In this document: piece by piece, positions 9,275-17,721 of the stretch | How positions within the stretch are numbered: the first letter of the stretch is position 1 | Layout: every line of letters starts with the position of its first letter | DNA from: Candidatus Krumholzibacteriota bacterium | GTDB taxonomy: Bacteria; Krumholzibacteriota; Krumholzibacteriia; JAJRXK01 | Length of the DNA stretch: 64,000 nt | Direction of reading: 5' to 3' | NCBI GenBank assembly: GCA_963806035.1 | Contig: CAWDWO010000033.1 | Coordinates: 30,918 to 94,917 of the forward strand | The notes under the pieces: generated by a model | What the model was told of the DNA's origin: nothing | Seen by the model: only the letters and a program-made list of their open reading frames with translations | Databases searched by the model: none | Position numbers and translations under genes: made by a program

Positions 9275-9370
9275 TGGGGATAAGTTGGGGAGAAAGTCTG
9301 TGGATATCTCAGGGGATAGCCGCTAATTTGTTTTATTATAACTTATTACAAGGATAAATTGTTTTCCCCG
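9275..9370. promoter_or_regulatory. DnaA-box-like cluster with AT-rich core
   Basis: TGGGGATAA 9275, TGGGGAGAA 9286, TGTGGATAT 9299, AGGGGATAG 9311, AT-rich stretch 9324-9360 and inverted TTTTCCCCG 9362. Confidence 0.6.
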
Positions 9371-9422
9371 ATTGCGCGGTGACGATCCGGGCCAGATCGC
9401 CCAATACCTTGCAATCGACAGA

Positions 9423-10337
9423 CTAGAGTTGGGTGTCGATTCCCATGCGCTCCAAGATCCCCTCGAGCTCCGCGTCGGAAAAGAAGGGAATTTCGAGTCG
9501 GCCGCGCTCTCCCCGGCGATGGATGCGGGCTGCCGTCCCCAGATGATGGCGCAGTCGCTCTTCCAAGGCTCGCACCGCGGCACTCTGAGGTTCATCGCGC
9601 CGCCGGCGTCGGCGCCGGCTGCTCGCGGTGCTGCTCAGGGAGATGAGGCGCCGCGCCTCGCGCTCCAGTGCACGCACCGAGAGTCCTTTCTGCGCCGTGT
9701 GGCGCGCCAAACGCACCCTGGCCTGCGAATCCTCGACCGAGAGCAGGGCGCGCGCATGCCCCATGGTCAACTGTCCCGCATCCATCAACTCGTGGATGGC
9801 GGGTTCCAGTTGCAAGAGACGCAGCATGTTGCTGATCGTACTGCGGCTCTTCCCCAAAACACTGGCCAGCTCCTGGTGGCTGGCATCCAGCGCGCGCATG
9901 ATCTCGCGGTAGGCCTCCGCTTCCTCGAGCGGGCTCAGGTCTTCCCGCTGGATGTTCTCCAGCAAGGCGAGTTTCATCGATTCTGTCTCTTCCAGGCTGC
10001 ACACCAGGGCCGGAATCTCGCGCAACCCGGCGCGGGCCGCCGCTCGCAGGCGCCTTTCACCGGCCACCAGCTCGAAGCCCTCGGCGGTGCGGCGCACCAA
10101 AACCGGTTGCAAGACCCCGTTCTGGCGGATGGACTCGCTCAGTTCCTCCAGCGCCGACTCGTCCATGTGGTGGCGGGGCTGGTGCGGATTGGGCCGCAGA
10201 TCCTCCAGGGGCAGCATGCTGGCCTGCCGCTCTCCCAACCAGGCCGGAGTGGCCTTCTCCAGGCGCTGCGCCGCCGCGGGAGCCACGGAATTCCCGATGA
10301 GGGCGGACAGACCTTTACCCAAGACTCGCTTCGCCAT
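9423..10337 (-). CDS. parB: Chromosome partitioning protein ParB (Spo0J)
   Basis: LGKGLSALI, PNPHQPR, CTPase motif GERRLRA, ENIQREDL and HTH GKSRSTISNMLRLL. Confidence 0.97.
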   Translation of the reverse strand: MAKRVLGKGLSALIGNSVAPAAAQRLEKATPAWLGERQASMLPLEDLRPNPHQPRHHMDESALEELSESIRQNGVLQPVLVRRTAEGFELVAGERRLRAAARAGLREIPALVCSLEETESMKLALLENIQREDLSPLEEAEAYREIMRALDASHQELASVLGKSRSTISNMLRLLQLEPAIHELMDAGQLTMGHARALLSVEDSQARVRLARHTAQKGLSVRALEREARRLISLSSTASSRRRRRRRDEPQSAAVRALEERLRHHLGTAARIHRRGERGRLEIPFFSDAELEGILERMGIDTQL

Positions 10338-11091
10338 TGCGCATCACTTCCTTCGCCAGATTGAGATAGCTCTGGGAGCCTCGACTCTGGATGTCGTGCA
10401 GAAGGACCGGCTTCCCGAACGAGGGACTTTCTCCCAGGGTGACGTTGCGGGGAATGACGGTCTCGTAAACTGTTGCGCCAAAATATTCTTTGGCTTCCTC
10501 CGCCACCTGGTTGCTGAGGCGCAAGCGCTGGTCGAACATCGTGAGCAGCACTCCCTCGATGCGGAGCTTCGGATTCAGGGTCTGCTGGACCAGGTTGATA
10601 GTGTTGAGCAGCTGGCTCAGACCCTCCAGGGCGTAGTATTCGCACTGAATGGGGATCAGCACCGCGTCGGCCGCGGTCAGCGCATTGATGGTGAGCATTC
10701 CCAAGCTGGGCGGGGTGTCCAGAAGGATGAAATCGTAGCGCTCGCGCAGTCCGTCCAGGGCGCGCCGCAGGTAGCTCTCGCGATCCTCTGCCTCCACGAG
10801 CTCCACCTCGGCTCCGCTGAGCCGCTGATCAGCCGGCATGAGGCTGAGGTAAGGGAGCTCCGTCTCGCGAATCAGGCCCTCCGCCACCCCGGCCCCGGCC
10901 AGAAATTCGTAACTGGTGAGGTCCTCCGGGCTCGGACGAACCCCCATGCCGCTGCTGGTGTTCCCCTGGGGATCGAAGTCCAGCAGCAGGACTCTCTTTT
11001 CGGCCACCGCCAGGCTGGCCCCCAGATTCACGACCGTGGTGGTCTTCCCCACCCCGCCCTTTTGATTGGAAATGGTGATGATGCGCGCCAT
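10315..11091 (-). CDS. parA: Chromosome partitioning ATPase ParA (Soj)
   Basis: Deviant Walker A NQKGGVGKTT, DPQGN, DTPPSLG and QCEYYALEG. Confidence 0.97.
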   Translation of the reverse strand: MARIITISNQKGGVGKTTTVVNLGASLAVAEKRVLLLDFDPQGNTSSGMGVRPSPEDLTSYEFLAGAGVAEGLIRETELPYLSLMPADQRLSGAEVELVEAEDRESYLRRALDGLRERYDFILLDTPPSLGMLTINALTAADAVLIPIQCEYYALEGLSQLLNTINLVQQTLNPKLRIEGVLLTMFDQRLRLSNQVAEEAKEYFGATVYETVIPRNVTLGESPSFGKPVLLHDIQSRGSQSYLNLAKEVMRNGEASLG

Positions 11092-11242
11092 GCTAGCTTC
11101 TCACTTGCGGCAGGCTTTTCCCCGGACACCGGGTCCGAACTGCGGGGCACTTTGGCACATGGTAGCTTAGAACCGCAAGATCTGAGATGAAAGGGGCGCA
11201 TTTTGCCCAATTACGCCAGAAAACCGTGGCTATTTTGCGCGA

Positions 11243-11460
11243 GGTTTCACGTGGAACCTGTCCGGGGGGCGGCACGATGTTTCACGTGGAACATGGTTGC
11301 CGGGACCTCCCGGCGGGGTGTTTCACGTGGAACATGGCGGCACGGCGCCTCCCGGCGGGGTGTTTCACGTGGAACATGCTCGGCACGGCCGCCTTCCGGC
11401 GGGGTGTTTCACGTGGAACGTGCCATGACGAGGTGGGGGCCCCGTGTTTCACGTGGAACA
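11243..11460. repeat. Cluster of six parS sites (TGTTTCACGTGGAACA)
   Basis: 16-bp near-palindromes at 11243, 11278, 11319, 11361, 11405 and 11445 match the parS consensus and lie immediately upstream of parA. Confidence 0.93.
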
Positions 11461-11483
11461 TCGAAGCGTCGGAGTCGTGGCGC

Positions 11484-12125
11484 CTAGCGCGCCGGACGAA
11501 AGAGCTGCAAACAGGGGCGGGGGCCGCGCGAGGCCAGGGGCAGGGGGGCTGCGCCCTCCCAGTGCCAGCCCGAGGCCTGCAGCTGCGCTGCGGGCCGGTA
11601 GTCCTCATTCAGGAATAGGACGGCGCGGCCGTCCGCGCCCAAAAAGGGGCGCAAGAGCTTCAATGCGAGCGGCGGCGCCGCCACTGCGCGCAAAAATCCC
11701 CAGTGGAATGCCTCGCGCAGTTGCGGGGAGCGGGCCAAAACCTCCCGCGCCTGCCCTTCCTCCACCCGCGCCTTCGGCAGCCCGAGACTGGCAATTTCAC
11801 GCCGCAAAAAATCACAGGCCACCGCGCGTCGCTCGAGCAGCACCCATTCCAGCTCCGGATGACTCAGCGCCAGGGGAATCCCGGGGATTCCCGCGCCGCT
11901 GCCCAGATCCAGGAGTTTTTGTCCGGGCTCGAAGCACAGCGCTCTGCCCGCGGCCACTGATTCCAGAATGAGGCGCTCCACCAGAGCGCGCCCCCCGGCG
12001 CGACTCACCAGATTCCGGCCGCGATTGAAGCGCAGGAGCGCATCGCGATAGAGCGCGAAGGGCTCGGACGCAATTCCTTCCGGCACGAGCGATTGCAAGA
12101 GCGTCACGAACTCGGCGCCCACCAC
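11484..12125 (-). CDS. rsmG: 16S rRNA (guanine527-N7) methyltransferase RsmG
   Basis: FNRGRNLVS, LLDLGSGAGIPGIPLAL and RAVA motifs; canonical position upstream of parA. Confidence 0.88.
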   Translation of the reverse strand: MVGAEFVTLLQSLVPEGIASEPFALYRDALLRFNRGRNLVSRAGGRALVERLILESVAAGRALCFEPGQKLLDLGSGAGIPGIPLALSHPELEWVLLERRAVACDFLRREIASLGLPKARVEEGQAREVLARSPQLREAFHWGFLRAVAAPPLALKLLRPFLGADGRAVLFLNEDYRPAAQLQASGWHWEGAAPLPLASRGPRPCLQLFRPAR

Positions 12126-12189
12126 GGATCCCCCCGGAGATTCTCAGGAGATTCTTATATAACTCTTTGCTATAAAATAACTAAGGCGA

Positions 12190-13068
12190 CTATTTTCCGG
12201 CTGCGTCCACCGGCGCGAGTACCACGTGCCGCCGCGCGCCCTCTCCCAGGGTGTAGCTCTCGACACCCTCCAGGGGTTTGACCGCCAGGTGCACCACGCG
12301 CCGGTCCCGCGGGTGCATGGGCTCGAAGTGGATCTCGATCCCCTCGGCCAGCACGCGCTCGGCGCGCTCCAGGGCCTGGGCGCGCAGACGCTCCTCTTCG
12401 CGCTCCCGGTAACCGTTCAAATCGACCTGAACCGGGACGTTGGCGTCACAGCGCTGGGCGATCATGCGCGCAAGAACGTGCTCCAGCGCGTCCACCCCCG
12501 TGCCCCGACGACCGATGAGCGCGCCCGCGTCATCTTCGGGCACCGTCACGAAGACTCGCTGGTACTCGGAATGTTCGAAACTGAGCTCGTACTCGATCTC
12601 CATCGCGTCCAGAAGTTCGCGCGCGACCTCTTCCACTTTCGCGTTGTGCTCGGGACTTGGCTCGTAGACTTCCCGCGGCCGCTCCTTGGAGGGCGCGATC
12701 TTCATCTCGCTCACGCGCGGCGGCGGCGCCGCTTCCTTGATGACCAGCTCGGGCTTGGCCGAGAACGGCCGGGACGAGGAGGATGCGCTCCACGCCAGGC
12801 GGCGCACGGAGGCATCGTGCGCGGTGGGCGGCGGAGCGGGAATCGCGTCGGGAAGTTCCCGTGACACGTGACCGAAACCCTCGGACTGATGAGTCACGCG
12901 CACGCGAGCTTCTTTGCGAAGCGCCGTGAAGCCCCGGTTCGCGTTTCCTTCCTCGAGCACTTCCACTTTTAGCTCGTGCTCGTTCCCGTTCAGACCCAAG
13001 AGTTCCAGTGCTTTCTTCTTGGCCTCGTTCACCGTGACGGCGCTGACCTCGAAACTTTCACGAATCAC
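12190..13068 (-). CDS. jag: Jag/EloR (KhpB) RNA-binding protein (Jag_N, KH, R3H)
   Basis: Jag_N (TVNEAKKKALELLG, VEVLEEG), KH motif LIGRRG and R3H motif DRRVVH. Start reassigned to GTG 13068, after GAGGAG. Confidence 0.9.
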   Translation of the reverse strand: MIRESFEVSAVTVNEAKKKALELLGLNGNEHELKVEVLEEGNANRGFTALRKEARVRVTHQSEGFGHVSRELPDAIPAPPPTAHDASVRRLAWSASSSSRPFSAKPELVIKEAAPPPRVSEMKIAPSKERPREVYEPSPEHNAKVEEVARELLDAMEIEYELSFEHSEYQRVFVTVPEDDAGALIGRRGTGVDALEHVLARMIAQRCDANVPVQVDLNGYREREEERLRAQALERAERVLAEGIEIHFEPMHPRDRRVVHLAVKPLEGVESYTLGEGARRHVVLAPVDAAGK

Positions 13069-13084
13069 GATCTCCTCTTTTCTC

Positions 13085-14923
13085 TCAAGCACTCGCGCCG
13101 GACAGGGCTCTTTTTTCCGCCAGCGTCTTGGGGGCGTTGCGATGAATCTGCCAGGTCTGAACGATGGAGAGGATGGTGTTGACCAACCAATAAAGCACAA
13201 GACCCGAGGGCGTGTTGTAGAACACAAAGAGCATGAAGATGGGCATGAAGGTCGACATCATTTTCTGCTGCGATGCCATCGCTCCCTCTCCGCCGGTGGC
13301 GGCGCTGGGCGTCCCGATCTTCGTCTGCAACCACATGCCCGCGGCCATCAAAATGGGCAGAAGGGAGAAGTGGTCGCCGACCACCGGCAGTTTCAGCGGA
13401 AGATGAAAGAGCACCTCGGGCCGGGAGAGGTCGTTGATCCATCCCCAGAATGGAGCCTGTCTCACTTCGATCGTGCGCCGCAGCACGGTGAAGAGCGCCC
13501 AGAAGACCGGCATCTGCACGAGCAGGGGTAAACACCCCGCCATGGGGTTGATCCCGTGCTCCTTGTAGAGCTTCATCATCTCCTTGCTCTGCCGCTGCTG
13601 ATCGTCCTTGTACTTCTCTTTGATCTTGGTGAGTTCGGGTTGCACCATCTGCATCTCGCGCATCGAGCGCGTGCTGCTCTTGGTGAGCGGGTAGAAGAGG
13701 AACTTGGTCGCGACCGAAATCAGGATGATCACGAGCCCGTAGTTGGGAATGAAGCGATGCAAATACAAGAGAAGCCAAAGCATGAACTTCGATACGGGCC
13801 TAAAGACCGCGGGGCCCAGGTCGATGAGCGCGGTGAGCGCGGGATCGATCTCGTTCAATTCGTTGTAGTCACGGGGCCCCAAGAACACCGAGTAATTGAG
13901 TCCGGGTCCCGTCTCATCCTGCAGAGGTAACTCGATGCTGAAAGTCTGAAGCCGCTCTTGGTAGTCCCCGTCGAAATGCACACGCCCCAGGCGCCGTCCC
14001 GGGTCGTGGACGAAGGCGGTGAAGTACTGCCCCATGACGCCGGCCCACGCGACGGTGCCCTCGTAGTCTTTGCGCCCCCCCGAACCGTCTCCCTTTTTCA
14101 GCGAGTTGAACGAGGTCTTGTAGGTGTCGTCTCCAACGCGCGCCGCCGCCTTGAAGTCGGTGTACTCGCGCACCGTGTCGGGCTCCGTATTGGAAATCCC
14201 CGAAGGCCACGAGATCTTCAACTGTGCCAGTTCGGTGCGGGGAAGCTCGTACTTGGCGTGGACGCTGAAGCTGGAGAGTTCATTGTCCAGACGTATGCTC
14301 AAAAGAAACGGCGTTCCCCCCTCGAGCTGTGCAGTGAGCGTGATTTCGGCGATCGGCCGCTCCGCGTCGACCCGCAGGAGCCAGGGCTTCTGCGCATCAC
14401 CGGTGCTCACCAAGCGCGCCCCCTGGGCCTTGAATCTCACGTGGCTCAGGTCGACCACTTTGTTGTCGCGATAAATCTTCAGCGCGTGCGCGCGCTGGCC
14501 GTAGGGGTCGAGGCTTCGCTTGGGAATGAGCTGCACCGCTTGGCCGTCGACGGTCTGGAATTTCTTGAGAGTCCACGAACGAAGGTCGGCGCCGATGAGG
14601 TCCAGCTCCGCCACGTATTGATCGGTCTCCAGGGTGAGAAGCGGGCCTTCAGCCGAAGCCTCCACATGCATGCCGCCCTGGAACCCCGTGCTGTCGCTCG
14701 TGGCAACCTGCGCGGAGTCGGCCTGCGTGCTCGTTGCGCTGGTCGAGGTATACGCAGTGCGCGCGGCCTGGCTGGAAGGGCTTTGCGGGGGCGCCTGGAC
14801 GACCGCGAGGCTATCGCTCGGGGCGGTGCTCTGAGAGTTTTTCGGTGAAGGCGAGAACATGGCCTGCCAGATCAGCAACACCACGAACATCAGAAAGAAA
14901 GCGAGCGCCGTGCGCTGATTCAT
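13085..14923 (-). CDS. yidC: Membrane protein insertase YidC
   Basis: N-terminal TM helix, periplasmic domain, NYGLVII, INPMAGCLPLLVQMPVF and PSGLVLYW. Confidence 0.96.
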   Translation of the reverse strand: MNQRTALAFFLMFVVLLIWQAMFSPSPKNSQSTAPSDSLAVVQAPPQSPSSQAARTAYTSTSATSTQADSAQVATSDSTGFQGGMHVEASAEGPLLTLETDQYVAELDLIGADLRSWTLKKFQTVDGQAVQLIPKRSLDPYGQRAHALKIYRDNKVVDLSHVRFKAQGARLVSTGDAQKPWLLRVDAERPIAEITLTAQLEGGTPFLLSIRLDNELSSFSVHAKYELPRTELAQLKISWPSGISNTEPDTVREYTDFKAAARVGDDTYKTSFNSLKKGDGSGGRKDYEGTVAWAGVMGQYFTAFVHDPGRRLGRVHFDGDYQERLQTFSIELPLQDETGPGLNYSVFLGPRDYNELNEIDPALTALIDLGPAVFRPVSKFMLWLLLYLHRFIPNYGLVIILISVATKFLFYPLTKSSTRSMREMQMVQPELTKIKEKYKDDQQRQSKEMMKLYKEHGINPMAGCLPLLVQMPVFWALFTVLRRTIEVRQAPFWGWINDLSRPEVLFHLPLKLPVVGDHFSLLPILMAAGMWLQTKIGTPSAATGGEGAMASQQKMMSTFMPIFMLFVFYNTPSGLVLYWLVNTILSIVQTWQIHRNAPKTLAEKRALSGASA

Positions 14924-14941
14924 GGAAGCCTCGCGGGAAGA

Positions 14942-15220
14942 TCAAGAATGGTGAGCTCTGGGAATGGAGACCCCTCGCTCGATCGAGGAACACTCCTTCT
15001 TGCCCGGCTCGGGCACCGGATCATAGCCTCCGGGATGCCAGGGATGACAGCGGGCGATTCGCTTCACGCTGAGCCAAGTTCCGCGCAGTACCCCGTGGGA
15101 CGCGAGCGCGTCGATGGCGTAGTGTGAGCAGCTGGGAGTGAAGCGGCAATTCGAACCGAGCAACGGAGAGAGCAGCAATTGGTAGCCGCGAATGCAGAGC
15201 ACGAGCAGGCGCTTCAGCAC
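14942..15220 (-). CDS. yidD: Membrane protein insertion efficiency factor YidD
   Basis: [10 protein letters not shown] and [17 protein letters not shown]. Confidence 0.95.
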   Translation of the reverse strand: MLKRLLVLCIRGYQLLLSPLLGSNCRFTPSCSHYAIDALASHGVLRGTWLSVKRIARCHPWHPGGYDPVPEPGKKECSSIERGVSIPRAHHS

Positions 15221-15606
15221 GGAAACTCTCCATTATCCAGGTCGCGCACATCGGCGCCGTAGAGATCGAGGCGCGCGAAAAGTTCGCGCATCTCTTCGAT
15301 GAGATCTTCGGTGATCACGCCGGAATCCGCGAGGGTTCTGCGCGCGACGAGCACGAGCCAAAGCGGCCGCTCGAGACGCATACTCAGGGCGCGATAGGCT
15401 TCGCGGAGCAAGCGCTTGGCGCGGTTCCGTCGCACGGCGTTTCCCACCTTCTTGGAAGCGACGACTCCGTGCGCGCAGTTACCAACCGTAGCAATTTCCT
15501 CGGGCCGCGGCCTGTAAGCATAGACCACGCAGCAATCCCCGACTGCTTTCCGGCCGTTCTCATACACGCATTGGAATTGCCGCCGAGTTCGCAGAGTCCC
15601 CTTCAA
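15214..15606 (-). CDS. rnpA: Ribonuclease P protein component
   Basis: RNR motif [19 protein letters not shown]; lies between rpmH and yidD. Confidence 0.93.
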   Translation of the reverse strand: MKGTLRTRRQFQCVYENGRKAVGDCCVVYAYRPRPEEIATVGNCAHGVVASKKVGNAVRRNRAKRLLREAYRALSMRLERPLWLVLVARRTLADSGVITEDLIEEMRELFARLDLYGADVRDLDNGEFPC

Positions 15607-15675
15607 GGGAAAACCCCCGATCGGGAAGACCGCGCGCCGCTCTTTAGAAACGCGCGTGGCGGAATCCGAAGACGC

Positions 15676-15810
15676 TCACGCGCTCAGACGCTTGCGGCCC
15701 TTGCTGCGGCGGCGCTTGAGGATCGTGCGTCCCGCGCGCGTCGCCATGCGCTTCCGGAAACCGTGATCCCGCTTGCGCTTGATCTTACTCGGTTGAAAAG
15801 TCCTCTTCAC
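15676..15810 (-). CDS. rpmH: 50S ribosomal protein L34 (44 aa, below the ORF-track cutoff)
   Basis: Manual translation from GTG 15810: [53 protein letters not shown] upstream. Confidence 0.97.
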   Translation of the reverse strand: MKRTFQPSKIKRKRDHGFRKRMATRAGRTILKRRRSKGRKRLSA

Positions 15811-15876
15811 GATGACACCTCATCGAAGGTCCATTGGCGCGGGCGGTTCCCCTAACCATAACTCCACGAGCGCAAT

Positions 15877-15905
15877 ACGGTATGCTCAGCTTCGCCCTTC
15901 GTCAA
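15877..15905 (-). promoter_or_regulatory. Putative sigma70 promoter for the rpmH operon
   Basis: TTGACG-N17-TACCGT on the minus strand. Confidence 0.55.
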
Positions 15906-16074
15906 GTTTCCCGGCCCTCAATCCCTCCCTCGCGGCGTGGGCCAGATCCCCCGATTTGTGCTGCCGGCCCTGCGGGCCCGGCGCCTTGTGCCGCGCCGCC
16001 GAGCGCTCGGGGGGACTTAATGAGCCTATTGTGAAGATCTTAGGAAGAAAGTAATTCCGGGGCACAAAAGTCCC

Positions 16075-16103
16075 TTGCTCGGCCTAGGGCCGCGTGCTAC
16101 CGT
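16075..16103 (+). promoter_or_regulatory. Putative sigma70 promoter for dnaA
   Basis: TTGCTC-N17-TACCGT with an extended -10 TG; DnaA boxes follow it. Confidence 0.5.
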
Positions 16104-16112
16104 CCACTCCCC

Positions 16113-16248
16113 GGTGGATAACCCACACCCGGCACCGCAACGTTATCCCCAGTTTTATGGTTTGGGGATAAGTCAGGGCTCCACGGGAATATTTTGGGCT
16201 AAGTCCTTACATTTTAAGAAGTTCTAGGCTTTTCCCATGTGGGGATAA
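16113..16248. promoter_or_regulatory. DnaA-box cluster upstream of dnaA (autoregulation or oriC1-like)
   Basis: GGTGGATAA 16113, TTATCCCCA 16143, TGGGGATAA 16163 and TGGGGATAA 16240. Confidence 0.75.
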
Positions 16249-16314
16249 GTCTGTGTGAAGTTGTGTCCTCTAGTCGAGTCTTGCCCCTCGACCCAACGAG
16301 AGGAAGCCCCACTC

Positions 16315-17721
16315 GTGCCCCCTTCTCGAACGACGCCCGCGAACCACACCCAGCACGATTCTCCGCGGGATGACCAGGCGCTCTGGACGGAAATCCTCGA
16401 AGTCGTGCGACAAAACGTCAACCAGCAGACCTTTGAGACCTGGTTTCGCCAGACCCACTTCATCGGGTTGCACGAGGGGGTCCTGGCCATCCAGGGGCCC
16501 AACCAGTTCTTCGTCGACTGGCTCACCGAGCATCACCTCGAGACTCTGCACGTGGCGGCCCGGCGGGTCCTGGACCGCAGCGTAGAAATCCAGATCCTGG
16601 TCGATCCACAGCCCAGCACCGTGGGCAGCTTCGATCCCAGAACGACAGTCAGTCCCACGCCCGAGACCGACGGTCGGCGCCGCACCCCGCGCGAAGCGGG
16701 GCTCAACCAGCGCTACGTCTTTTCGAATTTCGTGGTGGGGGACAACAATCGCCTGGCGCACGCGGCTTGCGAGGCCGTGGCGGAGCAGCCGGCCCAGGCC
16801 TACAACCCGCTCTTCCTCTACGGCGGGGTGGGTTTGGGCAAGACCCATCTCATGCAGGCCATCGGCAACGAAGTTCTTTCGCGCGATCCGCGAACGGTGG
16901 TGCACTACGTCTCGGCCGAGAACTTCATGAACGAACTCATCCAGTCCATTCGCAGCGGCAAGACTTTCGAGTTCAAGAATCGCTACCGCAACGTCGACCT
17001 TCTGCTGATCGACGACATTCAATTCCTCGCGGGAAAAGAGAGCACCCAACAGGAGTTCTTCCACACCTTCAACGCGCTCTACGACGCCAACAAGCAGATC
17101 GTGGTGACCTGCGATCGCCCGCCCAAGGAAATTCCCACTCTCGAGGAGCGACTGCGCTCGCGCTTCGAGTGGGGTTTGATCACGGATTTACAGGCGCCAA
17201 AGCTCGAAACGCGGATCGCGATTCTCAAGAAGAAGGTGGAAAAGGAGGAAATCGTCATCCCCGACGAGGTTTTGGTGCTCATTGCCGAAAGGGTGACGAA
17301 CAACATTCGAGAGCTGGAGGGGGCGCTCATCCGGCTGCTCGCATTCGCCAGCCTGACGGGAAGCAAGATCCACATCGAAATGGCCAAGGAAGTCTTGAGC
17401 ACTTTCCTGAACCGCAATCGGCCCAAGCGTCCGATTTCGCTGGTCGAGGTCACGAAGACCGTGGCCGGGTACTACGACATCTCTTTGGATCTCTTGCGCT
17501 CCAAGACCCGCACCAAGCCCATCGCTCATGCCCGGCAAATCGCCATGTACCTGTGCCGCGAGCTGACGGGGGCTTCCTTGAATCAAATCGGCATGCGCTT
17601 CGGAGGGCGTGACCACACGACGGTGCACCATGCCTGGCAGAAGATCACGCGCCTGGAGGAAATCGATCCCGACGTGCATTCGGAGCTCGAAGATTTGATC
17701 AAGTCGTTGCATAGCGCGTGA
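16315..17721 (+). CDS. dnaA: Chromosomal replication initiator DnaA
   Basis: YNPLFLYGGVGLGKTHL, LLIDDIQF, RLRSRF, NIRELEGAL and GGRDHTTV. Start set at GTG 16315, after GAGAGGAAG. Confidence 0.98.
   Translation: MPPSRTTPANHTQHDSPRDDQALWTEILEVVRQNVNQQTFETWFRQTHFIGLHEGVLAIQGPNQFFVDWLTEHHLETLHVAARRVLDRSVEIQILVDPQPSTVGSFDPRTTVSPTPETDGRRRTPREAGLNQRYVFSNFVVGDNNRLAHAACEAVAEQPAQAYNPLFLYGGVGLGKTHLMQAIGNEVLSRDPRTVVHYVSAENFMNELIQSIRSGKTFEFKNRYRNVDLLLIDDIQFLAGKESTQQEFFHTFNALYDANKQIVVTCDRPPKEIPTLEERLRSRFEWGLITDLQAPKLETRIAILKKKVEKEEIVIPDEVLVLIAERVTNNIRELEGALIRLLAFASLTGSKIHIEMAKEVLSTFLNRNRPKRPISLVEVTKTVAGYYDISLDLLRSKTRTKPIAHARQIAMYLCRELTGASLNQIGMRFGGRDHTTVHHAWQKITRLEEIDPDVHSELEDLIKSLHSA

Noticed and set aside
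11243..11460. CRISPR-like array (regular repeats with unique spacers)
   Set aside because: The repeat is only 16 bp and matches parS. Spacers are 19-28 bp and partly similar to each other. No cas genes are present and the array abuts parAB.
11187..11618. ORFs with repeated CFTWN, VSRGT or FHVKH peptides
   Set aside because: These are translations of the parS repeats, not proteins.
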